The translations under genes and the position numbers were made by a program. A stretch of DNA of 64,000 nucleotides, taken from assembly GCF_902713615.1 (NCBI RefSeq), contig NC_052157.1:61344146-61408145 (forward strand). The letters are read 5' to 3'. The DNA comes from Scyliorhinus canicula (Eukaryota). Every line of letters begins with the position of its first letter. Position 1 is the first letter of the stretch. Under the pieces are notes generated by a model. It saw nothing but the letters and a program-made list of their open reading frames with translations. It was not told the origin of the DNA and ran no database searches. This document shows, in pieces, positions 23,720-37,500 of the stretch.

Positions 23720-25140
23720 CTTAACGGCAACCGAGCTGACGATTGATGACACTTTCCCCTTAATGAAGACTCCACTCCTCCTGGCTACATCTTCCACCAC
23801 TCGTTCCATCAAGTCCAGCTTGGTGACGGTGTGGAACTTGTCACCAAATTATACCTTGACCTGACCCCCATCCCCTACTTTCAGTCACTTTCTTCTCCTG
23901 TGAACGTCTCACGTTGTTCCACTCCCTCACATCTCTTTCAAAATCTTCATTTTCTATCACACTACCAGGTACGATAAAAAAGTTCTCCCCGAGATATCTT
24001 CACTACCTACCTCACTCATAGTCGGCACTGAATAAATTTCCATCCTCGGAGATTTCAACCTCCATCTTAACTCATCTTGCTCTCTCTCCTCTGGGTTCAC
24101 TGTCCTCCTGATGTCCACAGGGAAAACATCCACCTCAAAGAAAACTGCCTGCTGACAACTCATGGATTCTCTGTTACTAAGTTCGAGACAATCCTATCAG
24201 CTGCCTCTCACCAGGCTAACTCGCTGGCTTTTAAAGCAGACCAAGCAGGCCAGCAGCAAGGTTCGATTCCCGTATCAGCCTCCCCAGACAGGCGCCGGAA
24301 TGTGGCGACTAGGGGCTTTTCACAGTAACTTCATTGAAGCCTACCCGTGACAATAAGCGATTTTCATTTTCATTTTCAATAACCCACTGGGACAAACATC
24401 CATTGATGTCCCCCCCCCCCCCCCCCCCCCCCCCCACCACCACCACCACCCCCCACCACCCCCTCCCCTCCACCTTATCCCTGAACTCACATCTTTCTCC
24501 AGTTTCTCACCCACCTTCCCTCAGGTCCTTTCTGAACACATCTTGTCCATGAGAGCCATCTCCCCTATCCTTTGACTCTATTCCTAGCAAACTGCTGACC
24601 GCACAACTTCCAGACGATATTGTTCTCTCTTCATGTGTCACCCCTCTCTCCTTCAGATCTGCCACCATCGTCCCTCTCCTCAAAGGAACAATTCTTGACC
24701 CCACCGACCTTTAAAGTCCCATCCTATGTCCAACCTCTTTCCTCTCCAAAATCCTTGAACTTGTTTTCATTACTCAAATCTGTTCCCATCTCTCTTGGAA
24801 TTCCATATTTGAATCCCTCTGATCAGGTTTATGTTCTAGTGACTGCAATGAAATAGCTCTTATTAAAGTCATTTATTAAAGACACTTTGTGTGACTGTGA
24901 CAAAGGGAAACTTTCCATCCTCGTCCTTTCTGCAGCCTTTGACATGGTTGACCACACCATCTCCCTCCGATGCTTCTGTACAATGTTCTCCAGCTGGGCG
25001 CTCTCACCTGGTTCCAATCCTATCTAATCATAGCAGAAAATCACTTGTAATGGCTTTGCTACATCATCTAAATAAACAGTGTTAGTTTTCACATGCACAC
25101 TGACGACACCTTGATTCTCCACTGTTGTTTAATTATCTTA
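23720..25140 (+). mobile_element. Degenerate L2/CR1-group LINE remnant with a family-2 SINE at ~24195-24378
   Basis: Endonuclease-like PPGY.FHH and GDFN remnants; SAAFD.VDH and DDT RT remnants. Confidence 0.65.
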
Positions 25141-25684
25141 TCCAAAGTCCTGCAGAGTAGAAAGTGGCTCCTATAAAAATTGGGGAGACCGAATTAATTG
25201 ATTCCAGTCCGCGTTACAAACTCCATTTTCCAGCATCAATTCCAGGCTCTTTGCCTGTGAGCAAAGATGGCTACTCACCTCCTCAGCTCCCCGCAGAAGC
25301 CCTTCCACCAGGTTCACGTTTCCAAAAGGAGTACTAATCGGCACCAGCGTGATCACTTGCTGGGGAGGCTGATGAATGAAGGGAGGCCATTGGATACGGG
25401 CTGGCTCTCGTTAATTGCACGAAAATAAGACTCAAGTGATGATAATTGGTTTCTCGCCACGCTCCGCCCAGATTCCGATTGTGCCAAGGGGAGCGGGCCG
25501 GTTGCATCGCAAACTGTTTGGCGCTTGGCACGGGTCTCATTTTCAGCCTCTCCTGCTATTAAACGGCCTCAGTTCGAGCAAGAGCCCAACGAGGCCAGAG
25601 AATCGCATCCACTATTTCAAAACTCTCATCTTTATTTCCTGCTATCTCTGTAGTCTCACAGACCCACAACCCTGCAAGTTCTCA

Positions 25685-25868
25685 GGGGCTGGTTTAGTAC
25701 AGTGGGCTAAACAGCTGGCTTGTAATGCAGAACAATGCCAGCAGCATGGGTTCAATTCCCAGACCGACCTTCCCGAACAGGCACTGGAATATGGTGACTG
25801 GGGGTTTTTCTCAGTAACTTCATTGAAGCCTACTTGGAACAATAAGCAAATTATGATTATTATTATGA
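25685..25868 (+). mobile_element. tRNA-derived SINE (family 2)
   Basis: GGGGCTGGTTTAGTACAGTGGGC start, GGGTTCAATTCC, (ATT)n tail. Confidence 0.8.
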
Positions 25869-26039
25869 ATTCTCTGCACTCCTCCTATTCTGGCCTCTTG
25901 AGCATTCCTGAATTCCCATTGCGCCATCATTCGTGACCATGCCTTCAGCTGCCTGGGGTGCTAAGCTGTGGAATTGCCTCCCTAAACCTCTCCACCTCGT
26001 TCTTTCTCCCATTTCTTGCTGCCTGCCCCATTTAAACCT

Positions 26040-26174
26040 TCCTGAAAGATGGCGACTCTTCCCTGATTATAAACAATATCAGCCGGGAAGATGCAGGACC
26101 TTATTATTTCAGAATAGGATTTGACAAACGTCCCAGCCATTGTTATCACCCTGAATTCTGGCTCAATGTTTCGG
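26040..26174 (+). pseudogene. Siglec V-set exon V3, 3' fragment only
   Basis: LKDGDSSLIINNISREDAGPYYFRIGF...LNVS then GTAAGT; E-strand Cys lost; 5' part replaced by L2 sequence; downstream intron homologous to those after V1, V2 and V4. Confidence 0.8.
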
Positions 26175-28759
26175 GTAAGTGCTGGGTTATAATTATCCAA
26201 CAATTCACATTCAACACTCAATGGGAAGTAATGTAAACTGTGACATTTATAAATTGGAATCATTTCTTGTTTTCAAACTCAGACTTATAGTTTGTTCCAA
26301 GTCACAATTTAAAAGGGAACAAATTGGTGACTCATTCAAAAGGATAGTTTGCTGATAAAGGTTAATTTATTTGTCTGCATGATTACTGATATACCGCAAG
26401 CACAGATTTAAAATGATGACAGGGAAATTAAAATGGTTACTGATTGAACAGCCTGGTAAAGAAGAGAATAGCAAATAATAAAATGGAAATTGCAGTGTCA
26501 GGGTTAACAGAATGGGCATGCCAATATATGACATAGATAATGATGTATCATTGAAACCGGTCAGTTATATATTATATTCTCTCTCTCCCGAGAGGGGAAG
26601 GTCACATGTCCAGCTGAAACCCCACCACTTGAAGATGCTCGCTCCCATATCCTTCCCCCAAGAATTCCCTCATCAACATATACCATAATTTACATTACAG
26701 CACCATAAAGGAATTCGTTAGCACCGTCCATTATAAAGTCAGTCAGGGGATTTCCTCTGTTTGGAATGATGTCGCTCATGGTGAGGATGACTCAACAGCA
26801 AATTCGATTTAGTTTCCAGAAATCGAATTTCATCTTGGAAAGGTGCATCAGTGCTGATCACTTCTCCAGTTCCCACAGGAACTACAACAACATCAGTGGC
26901 AAAAATACTTGCCACGGACTGCCCCCGGTTCTCTAAATAGGTTGTTTCTTCTCAAGTGATCTCAATGTTTCTTCAGTTTTTTACCTTGAACTTCGACTTC
27001 ATACAATACCGGGCCCATCCTCCCAACTTTGACCCACCCCCAAATCGTTAGCATATACTAGATCATCCACTTTGATCGTTCTCTCAGGCTTTGGAGAATC
27101 ATGTGACTGTCTCACAGTCTAATTTGCCTCCATCCTCCCCATAAAATTTGGAAAAACGATGGGCATGATTTAACGAAAAAGTTCCAAAGGGCACGATTCA
27201 GTGGCCTCGTTGCGCTCGAGCAAGACAAGGCCGGTGAATAGTGGGACCGACCAAAAGTGAGAACCGCGCCGGGCCGCAAAACGTTTGTGATGGAACCGGC
27301 CCACTCCCGTAGGCAAAAACGGAATCATGCCAGAGCAATAAGCCCGGGGGCACTGGGCTTGCTGCCCCTGTGCTTGGAGAAGAGTGGGGCACTCTCAGCT
27401 GGGGAGATCCACCATGGGATGGGGGCGGGAGGGGGTGCTCCGCTGAGGGGGAACTGCGCGCGGCTCTGCAATGCCAAACCCTGGATCATTGGTGCCCGTT
27501 CTGGGGGCAAACCCTGCCCCTGCCTGTATGCCCCACCAACCACCCTTAACCACTGATCATGGAGGCCTCAGGCCATGTGGTTGAAGACGAGTGCGAATAA
27601 GGAATTCGCAATCGCAGTGAAGTGAGCATTCCACACAACCCAAGTGGATTCCCGTGGGTAGGCGAGCCATGTAGCAAGTTGGAGTTATTGCCCAGCATCT
27701 CAATCAGACCATGATGCCTGGTCATTCTGCCAGAACACTGCGGGAGGCAACAGCAGCCACATGCCAGAGGGTGGGTGAGTGCCATGGGGAGGGGGCCAGC
27801 ATCCGGGGATCCATCGGCAGGGCGTCCCGGCTGGGGGGGTGGTTTCAATGGGGAGGATGGAGGGTCCCGGGGCTGAGCCACCACTGTGTGTCAGTCTAGC
27901 ACCCTCTCCCAATTCCTTACAGATATTGAACTGTATGGATACTGCTCCACACCATGAGGGCCCAGCAGCCCATCAGTGTGAGACCCAATGGGGGAGGTCC
28001 AAGACAGCCCAAGTTGTACAAGTGATGCACTATCAATTACCACAAAGACGAGAGTAATCTCTAATAATCGAGGCTTTATTGAGCAAAGATATTGTGCCTC
28101 CTGTTGCTGCTACCAGAATGGCTGCAGCACCGGCGAGCACACACATTTATACACCGCCTACTGGGCAGAGCCAGCAGGCAGGGATTTACCCATGTACCTC
28201 TAGTATATGAGTCTCACCGTACTACATATAATACAGCTAGTGGTGACTGCCATACTCATCCGCTGTTAAAAAAAGAATCCGGCGGGGGTACTGGAAAAGA
28301 TTTACAAGTTCAGTCTGTCGGGGGCCTTGACCCTCCTCTGTGATCGCCTCAGTCCTGGAGGTGATGTGGGCGCCGACTTGGTCACCTGCCACTCCGGGAG
28401 CGTGTTGTCCTCATCTTCGTCACCTCTGAGTGGAACCATGAGAGGACGGATCCTCCTGGGGCTGGGGGCTGCAGTGAGGTTCGCTGGGGGGAGGGTGAGT
28501 GGCGCAGGGGTGAATGAGAAAACCGGAGGAGGGGGTGGGGTTGGTGTCGGGTTGGGGGCCACGGGTGGGGATCCAGCGGGTGCCAGGTCCCGGAGGGAGA
28601 CTGTGTCCTGGCGTCCGTCGGGGTGCGCCACGTAGGCGTACTGCGGATTCGCGTGGAGGAGGCGGACCCTTTTGACCAGAGGGTCCGACTTATGGGTCCG
28701 CACATGCTTGCGAAGGAGGACTATGTGATGAACGGTATTTACCTTTAATACCTTGCCCT

Positions 28760-31700
28760 TTTAAGAGGCTTGGAACCCTGGGGGACTCCGCCTCTGGCTA
28801 CGCCCCCAGGAAGCAGTATATAGGATAAGGCTCCATGTGGCGAGCACACTTCTCTCGAATGCTGTCCTGTTACACACACATAATTTACAGTGCAGAAGGA
28901 GGCCATTCGGCCCATCGAGTCTGCACCGGTTCTTGGAAGGAGCACCCTACCCAAGGTCAATACCTCCACCCGATCCCCATAACCCAACCCAACACTGACG
29001 CCAATTTTGGACACTAAGGGCAATTTATTATGGCCAATCCACCTAACCTGCACATCTTTGGACTGTGGGAGGAAACCGGAGCACCCGGAGGAAACCCACG
29101 CATACACGGGGAGGATGTGCAGACTCCGCACAGACAGTGACCCAAGCCGGAATCGAACCTGGGACCCTGGAGCTGTGAAGCATTTGTGCTATCCACTTGT
29201 GCTACCGTGCTGCCCTGTTCTCTGTATATTAAAGCCTTTGATTACCGACCTCGCTCTCGCGTCGTAATTGAGAATGCCTCAATTTAATCTACAGACACAT
29301 CAAGATGGACAGCGCTCTAAAACCGGAGACGCTCAACCTGGACGCCACGTCGCCGGAAGGCCCGTAAATTTTTAAATATTGGCTCCAGTGTTTCGAGGAC
29401 TATCTGGACTCCTCAACGACTGATGTCGACAGCACTCGCAAGCTGCGCTTACTACATGGCCGGGTGGGCCACCGACTCTCCGCCGTGATCAAAACCGCTA
29501 CGACCTATGAGGCGGCGGTCGAAATATTGAAGAAACGCTTCATAAAACCTACTAACGAGGTACACGCCAGACATTTGCTCTCAACCTGCAGCCAGCGTTC
29601 TGGGGAAATGATGGACGAGTTCGTGGAAAGACTCAATGCGCTCGCTAGGAACTGCGACCACAAAGCAGTGACGGCTGACGAACACAGGAACTTACATATC
29701 CGCGACGCCCTTGTGTCTGGTATCAGGTCTTCGTACATCCGGCAGCGGCTCCTAGAAGACGGGGCACAGGATCTCCAGGGCACGGTAACGCTCGCCTCTT
29801 CTCTCAAAACGGCCCACCGTAACCTCCGTACGTACTCCGCGGACCTTGCGAACCCCTCTCGATCCCCTCCAGACTGGGCCACGCTACAGGCCTGTGCCAC
29901 GCTACGATCCACTCACTCCGGGGGTTCCCCATGCTATTTCTGTGGGCAAGGCCAGCACCCACGTCAGCGTTGCCCGGCCCGATCCGCGATCTGCAACGAT
30001 TGCGGGAAGAAAGGGCACTTCGCGAAAGTCTGCCTGGCTGGGCCCAAAGGTCACAAACAAAACCCTCACCAGGCCCAGAAATCAAGCTCCCGGTCTCACA
30101 GACCCCGCAACGCGGCCGCGCTGTGGCCGGGCACGCCCACTTCCGATGCGTCATCGACCTCGTGCAAGTCATGGGAGCGGCCATCTTGGCGGCGGCCATC
30201 TTCGAAATACAACACGTTCGACCGGCGGCGGCGGCCATCTTGTGACTCCGCGCGGCCATTTTGTGAGTTCGACTCTGACGGCCCGCAACCAAAAGCGATC
30301 ACACTCGATCAATCGCGGCCGAAACACCTGCGAAACTCAATGATGCGGGTTCGAATCAACGGCCACGACACTCCCTGCCTACTCGACTCCGGGAGCACGG
30401 AGAGCTTTATCCATCCAGACACGGTAAAGCGCTGCTCCCTGCGTACCCACCCCACCTCCCAAACTATCGCCCTCGCCTCAGGGTCCCAATTGGTTCAAAT
30501 CACGGGGTATTGTATCGCTGACCTCGCAATCCATGGCGCTAAATACTCCTGTTTTAAACTTTACATCTTTCCTCAACTCTGCGCCCCCCTGCTGCTCGGC
30601 CTGGACTTTTAGTGCAGCCACCGGAGCCTGAAACTGCAGTTCGGCAGACCCCTGCCCCCACTCACGGTGTGCAGCCTGGCAACACTCAAAGTTGCGCCAC
30701 CCCGCCTCTTCGCGAACCTCACTCCCGACTGTAAGCCCATCGCCACCAAGAGTCGCCGGTACAGTACCCAAGACATGACTTTTATCAAGTCAGAGGTTCA
30801 GCGGCTACTAAAAGAGGGGGTCATAAAGGCCAGCAACAGCCCTTGGAGGACTCAAGTATTGGTAGTCCACACCGGGGAAAAGCAAGGAATGGTAGTGGAT
30901 TATAGCCAGACCATAAACCGCTTTACACAACTCGATGCTTACCCACTTCCCCGCATAGCTGAAATGGCCACTCACATCGGCCAGTATCGGGTATTCTCCA
31001 CGGTTGACCTAAAATCGGCTTATCATCAACTCCCTATCCGCTCAGAGGACCGCCCCTACACGGCTTTTGAAGCAGCCGGTCAGCTGTTTCACTTCCTCAG
31101 GGTCCCCTTTGGTGTTATGAACGGAGTCTCCGTTTTCCAGAGGGCGATGGATCAAATGGTGGACCAGTACGTCTTACGGGCTACCATCCCGTACTTGGGC
31201 AACGTCATCACCTGCAGCCATGACCAGCAGGACCTCGACGCAAACCTGAGGAAGTTCCTCCAGACTGCCCGGGCCCTCAACCTCACGTACAACAAAGAGA
31301 AATGCGTGTTCCACACAACCCGGCTAGGTCAGTCGCCTTTATGTTCGATAAAGCACAACGAGGTCGCTCCTCTGTACGGCCACGAACGAGACCCCACGAA
31401 CGAGACCCCTCACAATCGTTTGTTTGTCTTCCCCAGGAAGTCCACTTCTGGGGTCTCGCTTCCACTCTGGCGAACGACTCCGGGTCCAGTCCTACTCCGG
31501 AGGCATGTGAGGAGCCATAAAACGGATCCAATAGTCGAGAGGGTCCACCTGCTGCACGCAAACCCTCAATATGCCTACGTCGAGCACCCCGAAGGCAGGC
31601 AGGATACTGTCTCCCTGCGAGACCTGGCACCCGCTGGCTCTCCCACCGACCCCACCGACTCTCCCACCGACCCCAACGTTTTCCCCAACGACCCCCCCCC

Positions 31701-32136
31701 CCCCCCCCCCGACCCCCCCACCCCCTCTACCGACGCTCCCCGCCCCACACCGACCGCCGACTCGGACAGCGCCCCCCCCCATAGCGCCCCCCAGCCGGCG
31801 CCGGCACCGACCACCCTAATCACCCCTGATACCCCCCCTCCAAGGCGAGCAAAGGCTCAGTCAACCGTGCTCCCGGATAGACCACCATCGGAACCGACCG
31901 CATCCACGGCGCCACCACCGGAGCAGCGAAAGTCAGCACGGATGATCAGACCACCACAAAGACTGAACTTATAATTTAAAACACTTCACTCCGCCTCTGG
32001 CTACGCCCCCAGGAAACAGTATATAGGATAAGGCTCCATGTGGCGAGCACACTTCTCTCGAATGCTGTCCTGTTCTCTGTACATTAAAGCCTTTGATTAC
32101 CGACCTCGCTCTCGCGTCCGAATTGAGAGTGGCTCA
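28760..32136 (+). mobile_element. Internally deleted Gypsy element: 5' LTR to 29281, gag-PR from ATG 29305 (stop at codon 21), RT piece, integrase tail, partial 3' LTR 31988-32136
   Basis: LTR copies ~96% identical by eye; CYFCG and CNDCGKKGHF knuckles, LLDSGS protease, DLKSAYHQ RT. Confidence 0.85.
28872..29215 (-). mobile_element. HE1/V-SINE long form with CR1-like tail, inside the Gypsy 5' LTR
   Basis: GGGCAGCACGGTAG start, V-domain, GGGCCGAATGGCC tail; short TSD TGTT; absent from the 3' LTR copy. Confidence 0.9.
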
Positions 32137-33744
32137 GACTGGTTGGGGAGGACCTCCTGCCAGCGGGAGACCGGGAGATATTTAGACCACAGGGCCAGCA
32201 GGACGGCCTTCTCCACCTTCCCATTTCCCCGGGAGTTGGAGCTGGTCATCCTGCTCGATGCAATGCCACAACGCTAACCTTCTAAAATTTCTCCACACCG
32301 CCAAACTACTTAATCTCACGTACAATAAGGAGAAATGCGTGTTCTGCACCAACCGCTTAGCCATCCTTGGCTATGTTGTGGGAAAATGGAGTTCTAGGGC
32401 CCAAACCCGACCGCATGCGACCCTCATGGACTCCCCCTCCCCCACTGCACCAAACAATGCCTGGGGTTTTTCTCCTACTGTGCCCAGTGGGTACCTAACT
32501 ATGCGGACAAGGCCCGCCCACTTATTCAGACCACAGTTTTTCCCCTGACGGCTGAGCCCGCCAGGCCTTCAACCACATCAAGGCAGACATCGCCAAGGCC
32601 ATGATGCACGCGGTCGACAAGCCCCTCCCATTTCAGGTCGAGAGCGATGAATCGGACGTAGCTCTGGCCGCCACCCTCAACCAGGCGGGCAGGCCCGTGG
32701 CCTTCTTTTCCTGCACCCTCCATGCCTCCGAAATTTGGCACTCTTCTGTCGAAAAGGAGGCCCAAGGCATTGTGGAAGCTGAGCGGCATTGGAGGCATTA
32801 CCTGGCCGGCAGGAGATTCACTCTCCTCACTGACCAATGGTCGATTGCCTTCATGTTCAACACTGTAGTACACAGCGGGGCAAGATCAAAAACGATAAGA
32901 TCTTGAGATGGAGGATCGAGCTCTCTACCTATAATTATGAGATTTTGTATCACCCCGGGAAGCTCAATGAGCCCCCTGACGCCCTATCCCGCAGTACATG
33001 TGCCAGCGCACAAGTGGACCGACTCCAGGCTCAGCTAGTGGTGACTACCACAACAAATATCGCTGGTCATTTGAGCAGATGACGGACAGCACGTGCCGCA
33101 GGAGGCTCTGCCTCAACAAGGAGATGGTACGGCACCTGTGCCATGTCCTTGAGGACACAATGTGGAGCAAGAGGACACCCGCTCTCCCTCACCGTCAAGG
33201 ACACCACAGCCCTGAACATTTATGTCCTAGGATCATTCCAGGGTTCGAGCGGGGACCTGTGCGGCATCTCTCAGGCTACAGCCCACTGGGTCTGACAGGT
33301 CAAAGATGCCCTGTTTGTCCTGGCAGAAAATTCTATAAACCTTCACACGGACCAGTCCCAACAAGATGCCCAGGTCGCTGGGTTCGTTGCCATCATTGGG
33401 ATAGCCCAGGTCCAGGCGCTGATAGACTGCACGCATGTCGCCTTGCGTACCGGGAGGATGAGGAACATGTGGCCACCTTCGAGGAGAAGGAGCAGGTAGA
33501 TTATGATGAGGTGAGGGAGCAGCAGGGCTTGGATGATGATCCTGGAGACGAACAGGAGGACCAGCCAGAGACTGCAGGACTGGCAGCAGCGGCGAGGGTT
33601 CGGCGAGCCTGGAGTGCCATGGAGGCCATCATACTCACCAACTTCACATTGGACGTTGTCCGGTCAACGCTACCCTCAACCCCTGATGGGCCGGCCCCAT
33701 TGGTTGGAGGAGCTGCGGGAGAATAGCTATGTGGATAATGCAAG

Positions 33745-34335
33745 GAATGGGTCTTACAGTCTGGCTGGCATTAACAACTTACGTTTCACAGTCCATCTGG
33801 GTGGGGCCCGATGTATCCTCACCTCTGCAACATCCTCGGTCATCCCCATAAACTCCAGGGCTTGGTCCTCGAAAATGGTGAGGATTCTAATGTCCTGCAC
33901 CCTTCCACCAGCCTGGGCCCTCTCACAATGGTTGTGGGGCAGCTTCTCTTGCGGAGACACAGAGAGGGCATCAATAGCCTCACACGTAGTTCAGCGGGAG
34001 TGGGGAGGTTTGGGGGGGAGGTCATGGTTGGGGAGGGGACTTGGGATGTGGGGGGGATAACATTTTGTGGAGGGGACAGCATGGGCAAACCAGGGCACGT
34101 CATGGTGCTGGGCGGTAATGGTGCCAGGTGCAGGCTCGTGGGAGGGGCAGTGATGGCAACTCACCCGTACAGCCCAGTAGAGACCGTTGACCTTTCGGCA
34201 CTGGGCGCCGGTCCTCTTGCTCACGCCATCCGAGCTGACAGCCGCTGCAGCTTCATCCCTGGCCTCGACCGCCTCCAGGAGCCTCCCCAGGTCTGCATCT
34301 CCAAATCCTGGGGCCGGACATCTTGGCGCCATAGC
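33745..34335 (-). pseudogene. Harbinger Myb/SANT-like ORF remnant
   Basis: MAPRCPAPGFGDADLGRLLEAVEAR...RTGAQCRK and HN..ERAQAGG...DIRILT.FED.ALE, matching Harbinger ORF1/NAIF1-like proteins. Confidence 0.7.
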
Positions 34336-34586
34336 TGCAAGATGGGGTTGGCTGTGCAAGTGCAGTTTGAGTGCACCTGATACTCCTTCTAATCCCACTT
34401 TCCTACACCCGGTCTACAGTCCTGTAATTACGGCACTTAAGATGCAGATCCAGCTACTTTTTAAATAATAAATTTAGAGTACCCAATAATTTTTTCCAAT
34501 TAAGGGGCAATTTGGCATGGCCATTCCACCTACCCTGCACAACTTTGTGGGGGTTGTGGGGGTAAGACCCATGCAAACATGGGGAG

Positions 34587-37500
34587 TGTTGTGTTATGTA
34601 ATTTGCAATAACATGTGCTGCCCTTTGATGCAGTTTTGAGTAAAAGACGCTTCAGACTTTGAAGTGAGTTCAATGTGTTTTTTTAAAAATAATTTTTATT
34701 GGAATTTTTTACAGAAAATATAACAACAAACAATGAAATGCAACAAATTAACCCCATAATAACTGTAACACCCCCAAGACCGTATCAACGCATGTATCAC
34801 ATCCCCCCCACCCCCCCAAACCCAGTGAACAACCAGAGAACTTAAAAATAAATTAAAATTAAATAAACAAACATAGTCATCGTACCCACTTCCCCCCCGG
34901 GTTGCTGCTGCTGCTGTCCCAGTACCCTATCGTTGAGCCAGAAAGTCGAGGAAAGGTTGCCACCGCCTAAAGAACCCTTGTACCAATCCTCTCAGGGCGA
35001 ATTTGACCTTCTCTAGCTTAATGAAACCCGCCATGTCATTGATCCAGGTCTCCACGCTTGGGGGCCTTGCATCCTTTATTGTAGCAAGATCCTCCGCCGG
35101 GCTACTAGGGACGCAAAGGCCAGCACACCGGCCTCTTTCGCCTCCTGCACTCCCGGCTCCACCCCAACCCCAAAGATCGCGGGTCCCCAGCCTGGCTTGA
35201 CCCTGGATCCTACCACCCTTGACACCGTCCTCGCCACCCCCTTCCAGAACTCCTCCAGTGCCGGGCATGCCCAGAACATATGGGCATGGTTCGCTGGACT
35301 CCCCGAACACCTGACACACCTGTCTTCGCCCCCAAAGAACCTACTCATCCTAGACCCGGACATGTGGGCCCGGTGCAGCACCTTGAATTGGATGAGGCTA
35401 AGCCGCGCACATGAGGAGGAAGAGTTAACCCTCTCCAGGGCATCAGCCCATGTCCCGTCTTCGATTTGTTCCCCCAGTTCCCCCTCCCACTTAGCTTTCA
35501 GCTCCTCTACTGACGCCTCCTCCACCTCCTGCATTACCTTGTAGATATCAGATATCTTCCCCTCTCCGACCCAGATCCCCGAAAGCACCCTGTCGTTCAC
35601 CCCACTCGCGGGAAGCGAAGGGAATCCCTCCACCTGCCGCCTAGCAAACACCTTTACCTGCAGATACCTGAACATGTTCCCCGGGGGGAGCCCAAATTTC
35701 TCCTCCAACTCCCCCATGCTCGCAAACCTCCCATCAATGAACAGGTCCCTCAGCTGTCTGATGCCCGCTCTGTGCCAACCCTGGAATCCCCCATCAATGT
35801 TCCCCGGGACGAACCGATGGTTCCCCCTTAACGGAGCCTCCATCGAGCCCCCCACTTCTTCCCTATGTCGCCTCCACTGCCCCCAAATCTTGAGGGTAGC
35901 CGCCACCACCGGACTCGTGGTATACCTCGTAGGAGGGAGCGGCCATGGCACCGTTACCAGGGCCCCCAAGCTTGTATCTCCACAGGACGCCCTCTCCATC
36001 CGTTTCCATGCTGCCCCCTCCCCCTCCATCACCCACTTGCGCACCATCGACACATTGGCCGCCCAATAATACCCCGAGAGATTGGGTAACGCCAGCCCCC
36101 CCCCCCCCCATCTCTACCCCACTCCAAGAAGACCCTCTTCACCCTCGGGGTCCCATACGCCCAAAGAAAGCTCATGATGCTGCTAGTCACCCTTCTAAAA
36201 AAGGCCCTATGGATAAAGATGGGCAAACACTGAAAGAGGAACAAGAACCTCGGGAGAACCGTCATTTTGACGGACTGCACTCTACCCGCCAGCGATAGCG
36301 GCACCATATCCCACCTTTTAAATTCCTCCTCCATCTGCTCCACCAGCCTGGTAAAATTAAGCTTATGGAGAGTCCCCCAACTCCTGGCCACCTGCACCCC
36401 CAGGTATCTGAAACTCTTCATTGCCCTCTTAAACGGGAGCCTCCCAATTCCCTCCTCCTGATCACCCGGGTGCACTACAAATACCTCACTCTTGCCTAAA
36501 TTTAACTTATAGCCCGAGAAGCCCCCAAACTCCGCTAACAGCTCCATCACCCCCGGCATTCCCCCTTCTGGGTCCGCCACATTCAACAGCAGGTCGTCCG
36601 CATACAGCGATACCCGATGTTCCTCCCCACCCTGCACCAGACCCCTCCACCTCCCTGACTCCCTCAACGCCATAGCCAGAGGTTCAATCGCCAATGCAAA
36701 GAGCAAGGGGGACAGGGGGCACCCCTGCCTGGTCCCACGGTAGAGCCTAAAGTACTCCGATCTCCTTCCATTGGTAACTACACTCGCCATCGGAGCCACA
36801 TAGAGCAACCTCACCCATTTGATGAACCCCTCCCCGAATCCGAACCGCTCCAGCACCTCCCACAGGTACCCCCACTCAACTCTATCAAACGCTTTCTCTG
36901 CATCCAGCGCCACCACTATCTCCGCCTCCCCCTCCACCGCCGGCATCATAATAACATTTAGCAATCTCCGCACATTCGTGTTGAGCTGCCGTCCCTTGAC
37001 AAATACTGTCTGATCCTCGTGTATCACCCCTGGCACACAGTCCTCTATCCTGGTGGCCAGGATCTTCGCCAGCAACTTAGCATCAACATTGAAGAGCGAG
37101 ATAGGCCTGTATGATCCACACTGCAAGGGGTCCTTATCCCGCTTCAGGATCAGAGAGATCAGTGCCCGCGACATCGTCGGGGGCAAAGCCCCCCCCCCTC
37201 CCATGCCTTATTGAAGGCTCGCACCAACAGGGGGCCCACCAGATCCGCATACTTTTTATAAAATTCCACCGGGAACCGATCCGGCCCCGGCGCCTTACCT
37301 GACTGCATTTGACCAATCCCCCTGACTAACTCCTCCAACTCTATCCGCGCCACCAGCCCCTGTACCAGCTCCTCTTGAACCTTTGGGAAACATAGTCTGT
37401 TCATGAAGCTCTCCATCCCCCCATCCCCATCGGAGGCTCCGACCGGTACAGTTCCTCGTAGAAGTCCCTAAAGACCCCATTTACCTCTGCCCCCTTCTGC

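Larger units (their letters stand above)
28023..33052 (-). mobile_element. Rearranged Gypsy element: 3' LTR 28023-28254, integrase tail 28302-28740, 5' LTR stub 33031-33052
   Basis: Both LTR ends share CAGCTAGTGGTGACT(G/A)CCA(T/C)A; TSD ACAAG/ACAAA; ORF ends ..RRSQRRVKAPDRLNL. Confidence 0.75.
27161..34400 (+). mobile_element. Degenerate autonomous-type PIF/Harbinger transposon, split by the Gypsy nest at 28023-33052
   Basis: GGGCA(T/C)GATT TIR-like starts at 27161 and 27189; transposase remnants YRWSFEQM..CRRRL, ALN.Y..GSFQ...GDLCGISQ and IDCTHV (+, ~27990-33650); Myb/SANT-like ORF remnant on minus. Confidence 0.75.
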
